Source: a virus
Direction: 5' to 3' (one strand)
DNA: 64,000 bases
Virus record (IMG/VR): IMGVR_UViG_3300028837_000933
Span: 57,821 to 121,820 of that record
Shown: one piece after another, positions 19,996 to 29,681 of the stretch
How positions within the stretch are numbered: position 1 is the stretch's first letter
Layout of the letters: every line of letters starts with the position of its first letter
Translations under genes and position numbers: made by a program
The notes under the pieces: model-generated
The model's input: the letters and a program-made list of their open reading frames with translations, nothing else
Told to the model about the DNA's origin: nothing
Databases searched by the model: none

Positions 19996-20379
19996 ATGTC
20001 AGATTATAGGTTGTATTGTGAGATTGACGAAACGGTTTTGAGGGAGTTGGTTGCCAGTATTGAAACCGTGTCAATCCGCGTGCGTGCGGAACCCAACCCT
20101 ATTCTACAATCGTTGGTTCCACTGGAGATTGTGGAATTGTCGCGGGAACGTGCGTGGTTGACAATCCATCGGATACCCGCAACCGGAACCGTCAACCGGT
20201 ATAGTCCAGCCGTCAACGTGGACGTTCCCGGTTGGGTTGACGTGGATCGGTTGGGTTTGTTGGATTGTCTGGACGGTTGGGTCGGTTGCGGGATTGTAAC
20301 CCTTTTTTCCACTCACGATGGAATAGGGTATGCTTCTGACGGTTGTTTTGACGTGGACGTTTCCGCGGAAACGTATTGA
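19996..20379 (+). CDS. Array gene: hypothetical protein
   Basis: Fills the space between two repeats exactly. Confidence 0.75.
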   Translation: MSDYRLYCEIDETVLRELVASIETVSIRVRAEPNPILQSLVPLEIVELSRERAWLTIHRIPATGTVNRYSPAVNVDVPGWVDVDRLGLLDCLDGWVGCGIVTLFSTHDGIGYASDGCFDVDVSAETY

Positions 20380-20531
20380 CCAACCACCAAGACCCACAAT
20401 AGAATAGAACCGAGAGACCCACAATCGGGACGGTTGGCCTAGGCCAACGGTCCCTTTTGTGGTGAGAGACCCAACCGCGGAACCGTCCTATTGTGGGTCG
20501 GTTCGGTCGGGTTTCATCACAAAAAGGGAGA

Positions 20532-20828
20532 GTGAGGTTCGACTACAATCCCGATGCTATTGGGACGTGTCAACGGGTTGGTATCTTGGTTCGACTATAC
20601 CACGATGGGAACCATTATCTTGTATATGACCGTTGGGACGTGATTGACGGTCAATCGCAACCCGTTTTTCTCGCGGGTTTTGGTGGTCCCGATTATACAA
20701 GAAACGGTCAATTGACCTATTCCAGTATTGACCGTGTGACGCGTTTTCTAATGCAAAACGCGGAAAAGGTTGAATTGTGGTTGACCCATCGGAACCATAT
20801 TGACGTCAAAACGCACGATCCACAATAG
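20532..20828 (+). CDS. Array gene: hypothetical protein (TYSSIDR motif)
   Basis: GTG after the repeat SD; stop lies in the next repeat. Confidence 0.65.
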   Translation: MRFDYNPDAIGTCQRVGILVRLYHDGNHYLVYDRWDVIDGQSQPVFLAGFGGPDYTRNGQLTYSSIDRVTRFLMQNAEKVELWLTHRNHIDVKTHDPQ

Positions 20829-20965
20829 AATAGAACCGAGAGACCCACAATCGGGACGGTTGGCCTAGGCCAACCGTCCCTTTTGTGGTGAGAGACCCAA
20901 CCGCGGAACCGTCCTATTGTGGGTCGGTTCGGTCGGGTTTCATCACAAAAAGGGAGAGTGATACA

Positions 20966-21403
20966 ATGTTGTTGGTTGACGTACAATTGACGGTTGTTTT
21001 CCGGAACCGTCCAGTGATGCGGGACGTGAACGGGAAACGTCAAAAAAACCGGGAACGGTCGACGGGTGATAGGCGTGGTATGATGCGGGATGAAACGTGG
21101 TTATGTCTCACGTGGAACCATGAAACCGGATTCAAGGTTGCGGATTGGACGTGGTATAGTGGTGGAAACAAACCCTATTGGAATAGGGAATATGGTTCCG
21201 GTGGTCAACGTGCGGTATATTCCTATAGGGACAATCGGTTGACCGCAAACCTAGATGACACGTGGATCACTGACTACCAACCACGAAAACCCATCACTGA
21301 CGCGTCAGTGAAACGGTTGTTTCGGGTTTGTCGAAAATACGGGATGATTGTCGCCTATCTTGGCGACGGTTGGTATACTGATTGTGGTGACGTTTCGATA
21401 TAA
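20966..21403 (+). CDS. Array gene: hypothetical protein (TDASVKRL motif)
   Basis: Between repeats. Confidence 0.75.
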   Translation: MLLVDVQLTVVFRNRPVMRDVNGKRQKNRERSTGDRRGMMRDETWLCLTWNHETGFKVADWTWYSGGNKPYWNREYGSGGQRAVYSYRDNRLTANLDDTWITDYQPRKPITDASVKRLFRVCRKYGMIVAYLGDGWYTDCGDVSI

Positions 21404-21559
21404 CCCGCATCACTGACAATAGAATAGAACCGAGAGACCCACAATCGGGACGGTTGGCCTAGGCCAACGGTCCCTTTTGTGGTGAGAGACCCAACCGCGG
21501 AGCCGTCCTATTGTGGGTCGGTTCGGTCGGGTTTCATCACAAAAAGGGAGAGTGATACA

Positions 21560-21934
21560 ATGTTGTTTTTCGTGGATCGTGATATACTCGCGGAAACGTT
21601 CTATGGTGACGAGTTGGACGATTGGGACCACGTACAGTGGAACGTCAAGTATTGGGGAGAGTTGGTTATAATTCCCTACGCAAGAATAGGTCAAAAACGT
21701 CCCGCGTTCGGTGCGTGGACTATCCCGGTTTCCGTTTTGGAGAGTGCGGAAAACGTCACAATCGATTGTATGGAGTTGGATACATTTTTGACCTATTCAA
21801 ACGTGGAAAAACCCGGTTCGGGTTGTATTGTCGCGTTCCGTTCCGATGGAGAGGGAACCGTTTCCGCGGGTATTGTACGTCAATCCCGATGGAAACCTAT
21901 ACAAGACCCGTTTTGGTTCGACATTTCACCATAG
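21560..21934 (+). CDS. Array gene: hypothetical protein
   Basis: Between repeats. Confidence 0.75.
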   Translation: MLFFVDRDILAETFYGDELDDWDHVQWNVKYWGELVIIPYARIGQKRPAFGAWTIPVSVLESAENVTIDCMELDTFLTYSNVEKPGSGCIVAFRSDGEGTVSAGIVRQSRWKPIQDPFWFDISP

Positions 21935-22096
21935 CACGCACCCACAATAGAATAGAACCGAGAGACCCACAATCGGGACGGTTGGCCTAGGCCAACGGTC
22001 CCTTTTGTGGTGAGAGACCCAACCGCGGAACCGTCCTATTGTGGGTCGGTTCGGTCGGGTTTCATCACAAAAAGGGAGAGTGAGACGGTCCAAAAA

Positions 22097-22242
22097 TGAA
22101 ACCGGTGCCGGATACGCTATTTTTCCATCGTTCCGCGATTGACGGTCCCAAAAGGAACGGGACCGAACCCGCAACCGTTGACGCGGAAAACCCGCATCGG
22201 TTGAAACCCGTGCCGGATACGCTATTTTTCCATCGTTCCGCG
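22097..22242 (+). repeat. 41-bp direct repeat pair inside one array unit
   Basis: TGAAACC(G/C)GTGCCGGATACGCTATTTTTCCATCGTTCCGCG at 22097 and 22202. Confidence 0.85.
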
Positions 22243-22400
22243 GGTTGACCAACCACCAAGACCCACAATAGAATAGAACCGAGAGACCCACAATCGGGAC
22301 GGTTGGCCTAGGCCAACGGTCCCTTTTGTGGTGAGAGACCCAACCCAACCAACCACGATCCACCAACCCAACCGCGGGAACCGTTGACGGGTTGACCAAC

Positions 22401-22548
22401 GGGACCCAACCGCACGCGGGACCCTTGACCCTTTTTCCGGTCGGGACCCAACCGCACGCGGGACCCTTGACCCTTTTTCCGGTCGGGAACCCAACCGCAC
22501 GCGGGAACCCTTGACCCTTTTTCCGGTCGGGACCCAACCGCACGCGGG
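22401..22548 (+). repeat. Tandem repeat, ~3.5 copies of 42-44 bp
   Basis: GGGACCCAACCGCACGCGGGACCCTTGACCCTTTTTCCGGTC. Confidence 0.9.
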
Positions 22549-23056
22549 GAATCCGCGTCAATTCGGTTGAACGCACCCACAACACAAAAACGGGTTACAC
22601 CGTGCAAAAAATCCCGCACATTTCCGGTCAATTGACCCTTTTTTGGTGAGACCAACCAACCAAAAACAACCGGGTTGACCGATTTTTGGGTCAATCGTTC
22701 CGGTTCCTAGGTCAACGGTCCCTTTTTTGGCCAACCTGGTCGGTTTCCAACCACAACCCTTGGAGCTGGTTCCAACCCATAGCGCGAGCGTGAGGGACTT
22801 ACACCTGGTGGAATCGGGCTGGCGTTTGGAGCCGCCAGCCAAAACGGCGCTAGATTCTACACCAACCGCGGAGCGCGTGAGCGCACATCTGGCGCATCTT
22901 TTCCCACGTTTGGAGTCGATAGCACGGGGCGGTCAGCTGGCCACAGCTGGCGGTCCCTTTTCGGGTGAGAGAGTCGGTAGTCGGCTCAGGCCGCGCTAGG
23001 CTGGAATCGGTCCAGCTTTTCTACGCCGACTCACAACCACAGAGAGGGAGAGTGTC

Positions 23057-23266
23057 ATGGCATGCGGAATCCCGCTATACGCGAGCGTGGCGCTGGAATA
23101 TCCCACGTGCCCGCCAACCACAGCCGGGGACGATGGCCGCGGTTTTCCAGCGGCCGGCGAACCTGGTGACTGGCGAATTGGCGACCCGCTGGACGATGAC
23201 GAGATCGGTATCCAGATGGGTGAGCCAATCGGGGTCGAGCACCTGGCTGGTATCGTGCTGGCGTAA
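23057..23266 (+). CDS. Array gene: small acidic hypothetical protein
   Basis: After the repeat SD. Confidence 0.65.
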   Translation: MACGIPLYASVALEYPTCPPTTAGDDGRGFPAAGEPGDWRIGDPLDDDEIGIQMGEPIGVEHLAGIVLA

Positions 23267-23415
23267 CGCAAGCTGAGCATCACAACAGAAAACGAGAGAC
23301 CCGAATTGGGGCGAACCGGGACGGTCCGGTTGGTCCCTTTTCGGGTGAGAGAGCCAACCACCAACCGGGGTCGTCCCGGCTGGCCTGGTTCTCATCACCA
23401 CAGAGGGAGGGAACG

Positions 23416-23763
23416 ATGTACAGCTATTGCGATGTGGAAACCTATTGGGTGCCAGTCGAACATGGTCCAACTCTCCAGCCAATGGCCGGGATGTTCTTGG
23501 CGCCGGACGGCTGGAATGCCCGAACGGTCAAAACGCCGCGACCCCATTGGGGCGGTGAGACGCTGCTGGAATGCACCGATTGGGACAAGGCAGCCTTCCG
23601 CTTGCCAACGCGGCACATCGGCATCGAAGTCGCGATCAACGTGCGCATCACGGGCCACCGCGTCCACGTGTGGGACGGTCGCCATTGGGTGAGGACACGG
23701 ATCACGTGGGTCGGGGACTGCGAGCCGGACAGCTATAGCGGCGGCTGGCTTTGCATCCGCTAG
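23416..23763 (+). CDS. Array gene: hypothetical protein
   Basis: Between repeats. Confidence 0.75.
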   Translation: MYSYCDVETYWVPVEHGPTLQPMAGMFLAPDGWNARTVKTPRPHWGGETLLECTDWDKAAFRLPTRHIGIEVAINVRITGHRVHVWDGRHWVRTRITWVGDCEPDSYSGGWLCIR

Positions 23764-23887
23764 AACACAACAACCGAATACTCGCGAGAGACCCGAATTG
23801 GGACGGCGTGGCCTTATTCCACGTGGTCCCTTTTCGGGTGCCGGCGCCCCTGGTTCGGGCGTCGAGTACAGAGAGGGAGGGCATATC

Positions 23888-24118
23888 ATGGCAGCAGTAT
23901 CGTACATGGCGCGTTTTCACTCGGGGCGTTTGCTCCGGCTGGTCGGCAAGCTGGTCATGGTCCAGCTGGCATACGGTGTGGCCGAGGGCACGCTGTCGGT
24001 TGACGGCGAGCTGGCCAATTGCGTTTACACCGTGACCGGATCTGGCACGCATCTGGAGTTCCGCGTGGAGAAGGTGCGGGACGTGGAGTACAGCGAGCGC
24101 CTGGTGGTGCTCGTCTAG
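23888..24118 (+). CDS. Array gene: small beta-rich hypothetical protein
   Basis: Between repeats. Confidence 0.7.
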   Translation: MAAVSYMARFHSGRLLRLVGKLVMVQLAYGVAEGTLSVDGELANCVYTVTGSGTHLEFRVEKVRDVEYSERLVVLV

Positions 24119-24240
24119 CACAACAACCGAATACTCGCGAGAGACCCGAATTGGGACGGCGTGGCCTTATTCCACGTGGTCCCTTTTCGGGTGCCGGCGT
24201 CCGATCTGCTGACGCCGAGTACAGAGAGGGAGGGCATATC

Positions 24241-24624
24241 ATGGATAGCTTGGAATTGGGTGCCACGGCGGAGTTGCGCGTGCTGGTCAGGGGTTACAAG
24301 GGCCAGGACGGGCTCGATGTCCGGAAGTTCTACAATGGCAAGCCAACCAAAAAGGGTGCTTTTCTCTGCATCCCTGGACAGGCGGAGTTCGCCGTCAAGG
24401 CGCTTGGCCTGGTCCTGGCTGGCGAGAGCGCGGAAGAGGCGCTTCCCATCGATCGCGCCGCCAAGGGCACAACCAACCTGGTCGTGCGGCGCTTCGAGTT
24501 CAAGGGGATGGATGGTATCAGCATCCGGAAAGAGGGCGAGCGCTGGGGCAAGGGGATCTGGCTCAAGCTGGCTCAGGCCGAGTGGGCGTTCGGCGCGATG
24601 AAAGCCGCTCTGGCTGGCAAGTAG
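24241..24624 (+). CDS. Array gene: tandem PC4/YdbC-like ssDNA-binding protein
   Basis: Two copies of [YF]KG.DG[LI][DS][VI]RK...KG..L...QAE. Confidence 0.7.
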   Translation: MDSLELGATAELRVLVRGYKGQDGLDVRKFYNGKPTKKGAFLCIPGQAEFAVKALGLVLAGESAEEALPIDRAAKGTTNLVVRRFEFKGMDGISIRKEGERWGKGIWLKLAQAEWAFGAMKAALAGK

Positions 24625-24774
24625 CACGCATCACCACAACCGAATAGCGAGAGACCCGAATTGGGGCGAACCGGGATGTTCCGGTTGGTCCCTTTTCGGG
24701 TGAGAGAGCCAGTCACCCAACCGGGGTTGTCCCGGCTGGCCGCTGGGTCTCATCACAGAGAGGGAGGGATTGCA

Positions 24775-25446
24775 ATGGCGATGCACAAGACGGACGAGCT
24801 GTATCTGGACGCGCTGCCGCCGTTTCCACACAGCGACGAGGAGTTCTACAAGATGGAGACCACGCGGGACGTTCCGACATCGGCGCTGTGGTTCGAGCGC
24901 TGTGGTGACCATCTGGACGGTCGCAAGCTGGCAATCTGGCCACGCGAGCGGAGCGCGTGGAACGTGGTCCACAACGTCTTCTGGATGACGTTCTATCCGG
25001 ACGGCGCTGTGGTCGGCGGCTATGGCACGCGGATCGAGGGCGTGGATACGCCGTACAACTGGCGCAGTCACATCGAGCACCTGGCTCGCCGGAACGGCTA
25101 CAAGGTGACGGAGCCGGGACGGAACCGGACAATCCGGGTGGACTGGCATCCTGGTGACGTGGTGGCCGTGGTGTTCAAGTACATCGAGCGCCGCGAGACG
25201 CTGGACCAGTCGGAGTTGAACCGGCTGTACGACTACCGCCAGTTCTGGAACCCGCGGAAGGTGCGCAAGCTGTCGCTGTGGGTGGGCAGCGCGTGCCCTG
25301 GACAGCGCCAAGCTGGGCGCATAGCAACACAACAACCGAATACTCACGAGAGACCCGAATCGGGGCGGCTGGGCTTCATTCCCAGTGGCCCCTTTTCGGG
25401 TGCCGGCGCCCCTGGTTCGGGCGCCGAGTACAGAGAGGGAGAGTGA
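24775..25446 (+). CDS. Array gene: hypothetical protein that reads through the next repeat
   Basis: The TAG at 25322 before the repeat is out of frame; possible frameshift. Confidence 0.65.
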   Translation: MAMHKTDELYLDALPPFPHSDEEFYKMETTRDVPTSALWFERCGDHLDGRKLAIWPRERSAWNVVHNVFWMTFYPDGAVVGGYGTRIEGVDTPYNWRSHIEHLARRNGYKVTEPGRNRTIRVDWHPGDVVAVVFKYIERRETLDQSELNRLYDYRQFWNPRKVRKLSLWVGSACPGQRQAGRIATQQPNTHERPESGRLGFIPSGPFSGAGAPGSGAEYREGE

Positions 25447-25803
25447 ATGATGGACGTCGAGACTACGGTTTGTCGGCTCAAAGCAACGCTGGTATCCAGC
25501 GAGGGTGAGAATCTCAGCGTCAAGGCTCGCGGTGACGGAACGCTGTCGGTGACAGAGCTTGACACCAACAACGCGTTCACCACAACGCGGACGCTGGTCG
25601 GCGTGATCGTCTACGCGGCGGGCCGGAGCGTGATACACCGGGCTTCCGCGCTGGACACGCTCCGCGGACTGCGTGGCGACAAGGCGGTCAAGCTGGTGGA
25701 CGATGGCGAGGGCGCGTTGATTGGCTGGGAGTGCTCCGGCTGTCCCCATGGTGAGCACTGGCACGATGTGAGCGTGGTGCCAGCCGACATCACAACCGAA
25801 TAG
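25447..25803 (+). CDS. Array gene: hypothetical protein with a SWIM-like Cys/His cluster
   Basis: WECSGCPHGEHWH. Confidence 0.65.
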   Translation: MMDVETTVCRLKATLVSSEGENLSVKARGDGTLSVTELDTNNAFTTTRTLVGVIVYAAGRSVIHRASALDTLRGLRGDKAVKLVDDGEGALIGWECSGCPHGEHWHDVSVVPADITTE

Positions 25804-25905
25804 CGAGAGACCCGAAACGGGGCGGTTGGCCGATGGTGGCCGCGGTCCCTTTTCGGGTGCCGGCGCCTGGGGCTTAGGCGCTGGACAACAGAGAGGGAGG
25901 GTATC

Positions 25906-26286
25906 ATGCCGCACGGAATCAGTGGACTGTGTTTCGAGTTGGAAGTTGGCATATTCCGGCGAGCGTTGCTGGCCAACGTGTCGCGGAGCGTGTCGATCCT
26001 GGCTACGCACATCGGCAAGGCGCCAGTGATAATCCGGGACCTGGACTACAATCCGGGGATCGTGACGGAGCGCCGGATCGAGCGCAGCCAGATCGTGCTG
26101 TCGGTTGGTCGCATGGCTCTGGACAGCAGCAAGCTGCTGGGGTTCCTGGCCGGGATGGCCAACAGCGCACGCGTCCAGGTGGCCTACAACGCGGACAGCG
26201 AGCCGTGCATCACCGGGCTGTGCTGGGGCCAAAAGCGATGGCACACAATAGCCGACCTGGAGCCGTTCCAGTCGCCCGCCAGCTAG
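25906..26286 (+). CDS. Array gene: hypothetical protein
   Basis: Between repeats. Confidence 0.7.
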   Translation: MPHGISGLCFELEVGIFRRALLANVSRSVSILATHIGKAPVIIRDLDYNPGIVTERRIERSQIVLSVGRMALDSSKLLGFLAGMANSARVQVAYNADSEPCITGLCWGQKRWHTIADLEPFQSPAS

Positions 26287-26408
26287 ACTGGCGCACAACC
26301 GAATAGCGAGAGACCCGAATGGGGGCGAGCCGGGACGGTCCGGTTGGTCCCTTTTCGGGTGCCAGCGGCTTAGGGTTAGCCGTTGAGTACAGAGAGGGAG
26401 GGAGTAAC

Positions 26409-26732
26409 GTGAATCTCAGCATGGATACGGTATTGGACATCTGCAAGCGGTATGGCAAGCTGGGTTCGGCTGGTCAGGACGTGCTGGAGTCGGCGTTGAA
26501 CCGGGACCTGGGGTACGAGAACACAACGCCGTCCTTGGTGGAAGAGGCGCGGTCGTTCCTGGAGCTTCTGGCTGTCGAGTTCCCAGCTGAGGCTGGGGTG
26601 GCTTGTGAGGCTGAGTCCACAGCCGAGTACTGCGCCGAGTATCTGGCCAACGAACCGGAAGACGGCGAGGAGTGGGGCGAGTTGGAATGGACGGAATGGG
26701 GATTGGGCTGGAGTGGCGCGAGAGGCGGATAG
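26409..26732 (+). CDS. Array gene: acidic hypothetical protein
   Basis: GTG after the repeat SD. Confidence 0.7.
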   Translation: MNLSMDTVLDICKRYGKLGSAGQDVLESALNRDLGYENTTPSLVEEARSFLELLAVEFPAEAGVACEAESTAEYCAEYLANEPEDGEEWGELEWTEWGLGWSGARGG

Positions 26733-26877
26733 GACTGTTCATCCCTACCGTTCCCAACGGAATCACAACCGAATAGCGAGAGACCCGAAACGGGGCGGTT
26801 GGCCAACGGTGGCCAGCGGTCCCTTTTCGGGTGCCGGCGTCCGATCTGCTGACGCCGAGTACAGAGAGGGAGAGTGA

Positions 26878-27573
26878 ATGATGGAGAGCAAGAGGGAAGT
26901 AGTTCACCTGGCCCTGATGGAAACCACGTGGCCGGACGCGCCGCACATCGGGAGGTGGTCGTACACGCTTGGCGACTATGCCGGGGAGTGCAGCCAGTTG
27001 TACCCGACAGCTGACGCGTGCGATGCCGCCCTGGAAGAGCTGATGCCGAAAGCTCGCTGGGACAGGCGGGTTGTCGTCTGCTGCAAGGTCCACCACGAGA
27101 GTGCAGATGTGGACGTGGTGACCGACTACAGCATCGCGGACGGCGAGGTCATCGGCGTACACCGAGTGGAGCCAGGCGGCTGGCTGCGCAAGGTGCAGCA
27201 GCTGCTGGAGTCGGCGGTCAACGCCGACCTGGCCGAAACGGAAGTCCGTCGACAGATGCTGCAAAGCGCCCGGTGGCCACGGGCGGCGACCATCGCAAAG
27301 TTCTTGTACACCACAGACGGCGAGCAGGCGCTGTGGTTCGCCAACGCCGACCGCACACGGTTCGCGAGCGCCTCGCCGCACCACGCGCACAACGTGATGG
27401 GGCGGGCCGTCACCACGTGGCACGAGAACGGAGACGTTGACACGCACGTCTGGATGCCCAAACCGTCGCTACAGTTCTGGGTGACGGGGATGGTGCTGTT
27501 CGTCAAGGTCAACTACGATCTCGATCCGGTGAGCCGGGAAGAGGTCATGGCCTGCATCACAGCGCCGGAATAG
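26878..27573 (+). CDS. Array gene: hypothetical protein
   Basis: Between repeats. Confidence 0.75.
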   Translation: MMESKREVVHLALMETTWPDAPHIGRWSYTLGDYAGECSQLYPTADACDAALEELMPKARWDRRVVVCCKVHHESADVDVVTDYSIADGEVIGVHRVEPGGWLRKVQQLLESAVNADLAETEVRRQMLQSARWPRAATIAKFLYTTDGEQALWFANADRTRFASASPHHAHNVMGRAVTTWHENGDVDTHVWMPKPSLQFWVTGMVLFVKVNYDLDPVSREEVMACITAPE

Positions 27574-27695
27574 GCGCCAGTACAACCGAATACAGAGAGA
27601 CCCGAAACGGGACGGTTGGCCTATGGTGGTCGCGGTCCCTTTTCGGGTGCCAGCGCCAGCGGCTTAGGCGCTGAGTAACAGAGAGGGAGGGCAGT

Positions 27696-27995
27696 ATGAC
27701 GGAATACGAGAAGGCGGTCGAGCGCACGGAGCTTGCGATGTTCGAGCTGGGCGTGGACGCGGGGTTCAATGAGCACGCGTTCTGCATCGGGCGCGATCAG
27801 GGCGACACCGAGATCAAGCTGTGGAGCGTCTACACTCCGCTGGCTGGCGGCGGCAAGCGGCGCATCACAACGGTCATGGGGCGCACGGAGCTTGAGGCTC
27901 AGGACAGAGCGTGGGACACGTTGAACCGGCCGGGGCGCGTGGCAATCGCGCTCGAGTGGCGCGACATGGGTTGTCGCGTAGAACCGAAAGAGTAA
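27696..27995 (+). CDS. Array gene: hypothetical protein
   Basis: Between repeats. Confidence 0.75.
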   Translation: MTEYEKAVERTELAMFELGVDAGFNEHAFCIGRDQGDTEIKLWSVYTPLAGGGKRRITTVMGRTELEAQDRAWDTLNRPGRVAIALEWRDMGCRVEPKE

Positions 27996-28097
27996 CACGA
28001 GAGATCCGAATCGGGACGGTGGCCAATGGCCGCGGTCCCTTTTCGGGTGCCGGCGCCTGGGGCTTAGGCGCTGGACAACAGAGAGGGAGGGTGTATC

Positions 28098-28328
28098 ATG
28101 GCCGGAAACGGCAAGCCAAGTCTCCGCTATAATCGGGGGCGCCGCGTGCTTCTGGACGCACGCTCAGCGCACTTTCAGCGGACGGGGCACAAGCGCATCC
28201 ACGTGGGCTTGAACTACATCGAGTGCGAGGTCTGCAAGGCACACGCGCACCTGGATCGGTTCGCCCGGCAGCTGCTACAGCATGGCCGAGTGGGGCCGCT
28301 GTACCAGATTCAGCCAGCCGAGTTCTAG
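28098..28328 (+). CDS. Array gene: small basic protein with CxxC
   Basis: After the repeat SD; H...CEVC. Confidence 0.7.
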   Translation: MAGNGKPSLRYNRGRRVLLDARSAHFQRTGHKRIHVGLNYIECEVCKAHAHLDRFARQLLQHGRVGPLYQIQPAEF

Positions 28329-28464
28329 CATCGGCGGCGGGACAGTAGCACAGAGAGACCCGAAACGGGGCGGTTGGGGTGCCGCAGAGTCATGGTCCCA
28401 ACGGTCCCTTTTCGGGTGCCGGCGCCTGGGGCTTAGGCGCTGGACAACAGAGAGGGAGGGTATC

Positions 28465-28767
28465 ATGCGGAGAGTGTTCAAGGTCGCGGAGAAGGACGGC
28501 GACGAGATCAACGAGAAGGCGCTCCGGCTGGCCGCCAAGGCGCTCCGGCGTGAGCGTGACGGCGGTGCTCTGCTACGTGTCGGGCGGGACTACGAGCCGA
28601 TGGAAGTGGAGCGGATCAACGTTGGCACGGAGTGCCGCGGGCTGATGGGGCGCACGCTGTTCCTGGAAGTCGTCGACGGGCGCAAGCGCGTACACAAGGT
28701 AGCCGCCGAGATGGTTCGGGGCGTCTACGTCTACGGCGGGACACGGACGGTCGAGACAGTCGAGTAG
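28465..28767 (+). CDS. Array gene: hypothetical protein
   Basis: Between repeats. Confidence 0.75.
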   Translation: MRRVFKVAEKDGDEINEKALRLAAKALRRERDGGALLRVGRDYEPMEVERINVGTECRGLMGRTLFLEVVDGRKRVHKVAAEMVRGVYVYGGTRTVETVE

Positions 28768-28853
28768 AGAGATCCGAAACGGGACGGTGGCCAGCGGCTG
28801 CGGTCCCTTTTCGGGTGCCGGCGCAACACGCGCCGAGTACAGAGAGGGAGGGA

Positions 28854-29267
28854 ATGATGGAGACGCTACACTTTGCTATCGTGAGAGTCTCGCACAAGAC
28901 GGACGGCGCTGTGGAGTGGTGTGCTCTGGTCATGGTGGAGCACACGAGCGCATGGGACCGTCCAGCGCGGTTCGAGTGGCAGGGGATCTATCCCACGCTG
29001 GCCAGCCTGGAGCGTGGACTCGCCAAGGTGTACCCTGGCTCAGAGTTGGGCAAGGGCCGTGGCCTAACGTTCATGGTACACGTGACGCGCCACGACACCG
29101 ACACCACCGACCGCATCCAGCGCTATCTGCTACCGCCGCCCGATGGCCGCGAGGTGGAAGTGCCGAGTCATGGCAACGATGCCGAGATCACGATCCAGTC
29201 CTGGCTGCTGGACGAGGTCGTCCAGCGGAAGGCGCTGGCCTTCGATGCGGCGCGGAACGCGGAGTAG
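28854..29267 (+). CDS. Array gene: hypothetical protein
   Basis: Between repeats. Confidence 0.75.
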   Translation: MMETLHFAIVRVSHKTDGAVEWCALVMVEHTSAWDRPARFEWQGIYPTLASLERGLAKVYPGSELGKGRGLTFMVHVTRHDTDTTDRIQRYLLPPPDGREVEVPSHGNDAEITIQSWLLDEVVQRKALAFDAARNAE

Positions 29268-29367
29268 AGAGAGACCCGAAACGGGACGGTTGCCACCGGC
29301 AGCGGTCCCTTTTCGGGTGCCAGCGCCAGCGGCTTAGGCGCTGAGTGACAGAGAGGGAGGGAGTATC

Positions 29368-29589
29368 ATGGCTGAGGAGTTGAAACGGGCGGAGCGGGTG
29401 TTGCGGACGAAGCTGGCTCGAATGTACAGAGTCTACGGTGAGGCTGTCATCCGGAAGGTCGCGGCCGTGGAGTTCTTGGGCGTGGTGGACGGGTTCTACC
29501 AGTTCCAAGTGGAGTTCGAGCGAGAGTTGCTTCCCCAGTTCTACGAGGTGCGCTTGTACGCCAAGAGCGCCAGGGTGTACAGCGCCTAG
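29368..29589 (+). CDS. Array gene: small hypothetical protein
   Basis: Between repeats. Confidence 0.75.
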   Translation: MAEELKRAERVLRTKLARMYRVYGEAVIRKVAAVEFLGVVDGFYQFQVEFERELLPQFYEVRLYAKSARVYSA

Positions 29590-29681
29590 AGAGACCCGAG
29601 ATGGGACGGTGGCCAATGGCCGCGGTCCCTTTTCGGGTGCCGGCGCACTGCGCCGAGTACATCACAGAGAGGGAGGGTATC

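Larger units (their letters stand above)
19565..22345 (+). repeat. Seven near-identical type A intergenic repeats (~140-160 bp)
   Basis: GAGAGACCCACAATCGGGACGGTTGGCCTAGGCCAACGGTCCCTTTTGTGGTGAGAGACCC...TTTCATCACAAAAAGGGAGAGTG at ~19565 (5' variant), 19835, 20380, 20820, 21416, 21940 and 22249 (3' truncated). Confidence 0.95.
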
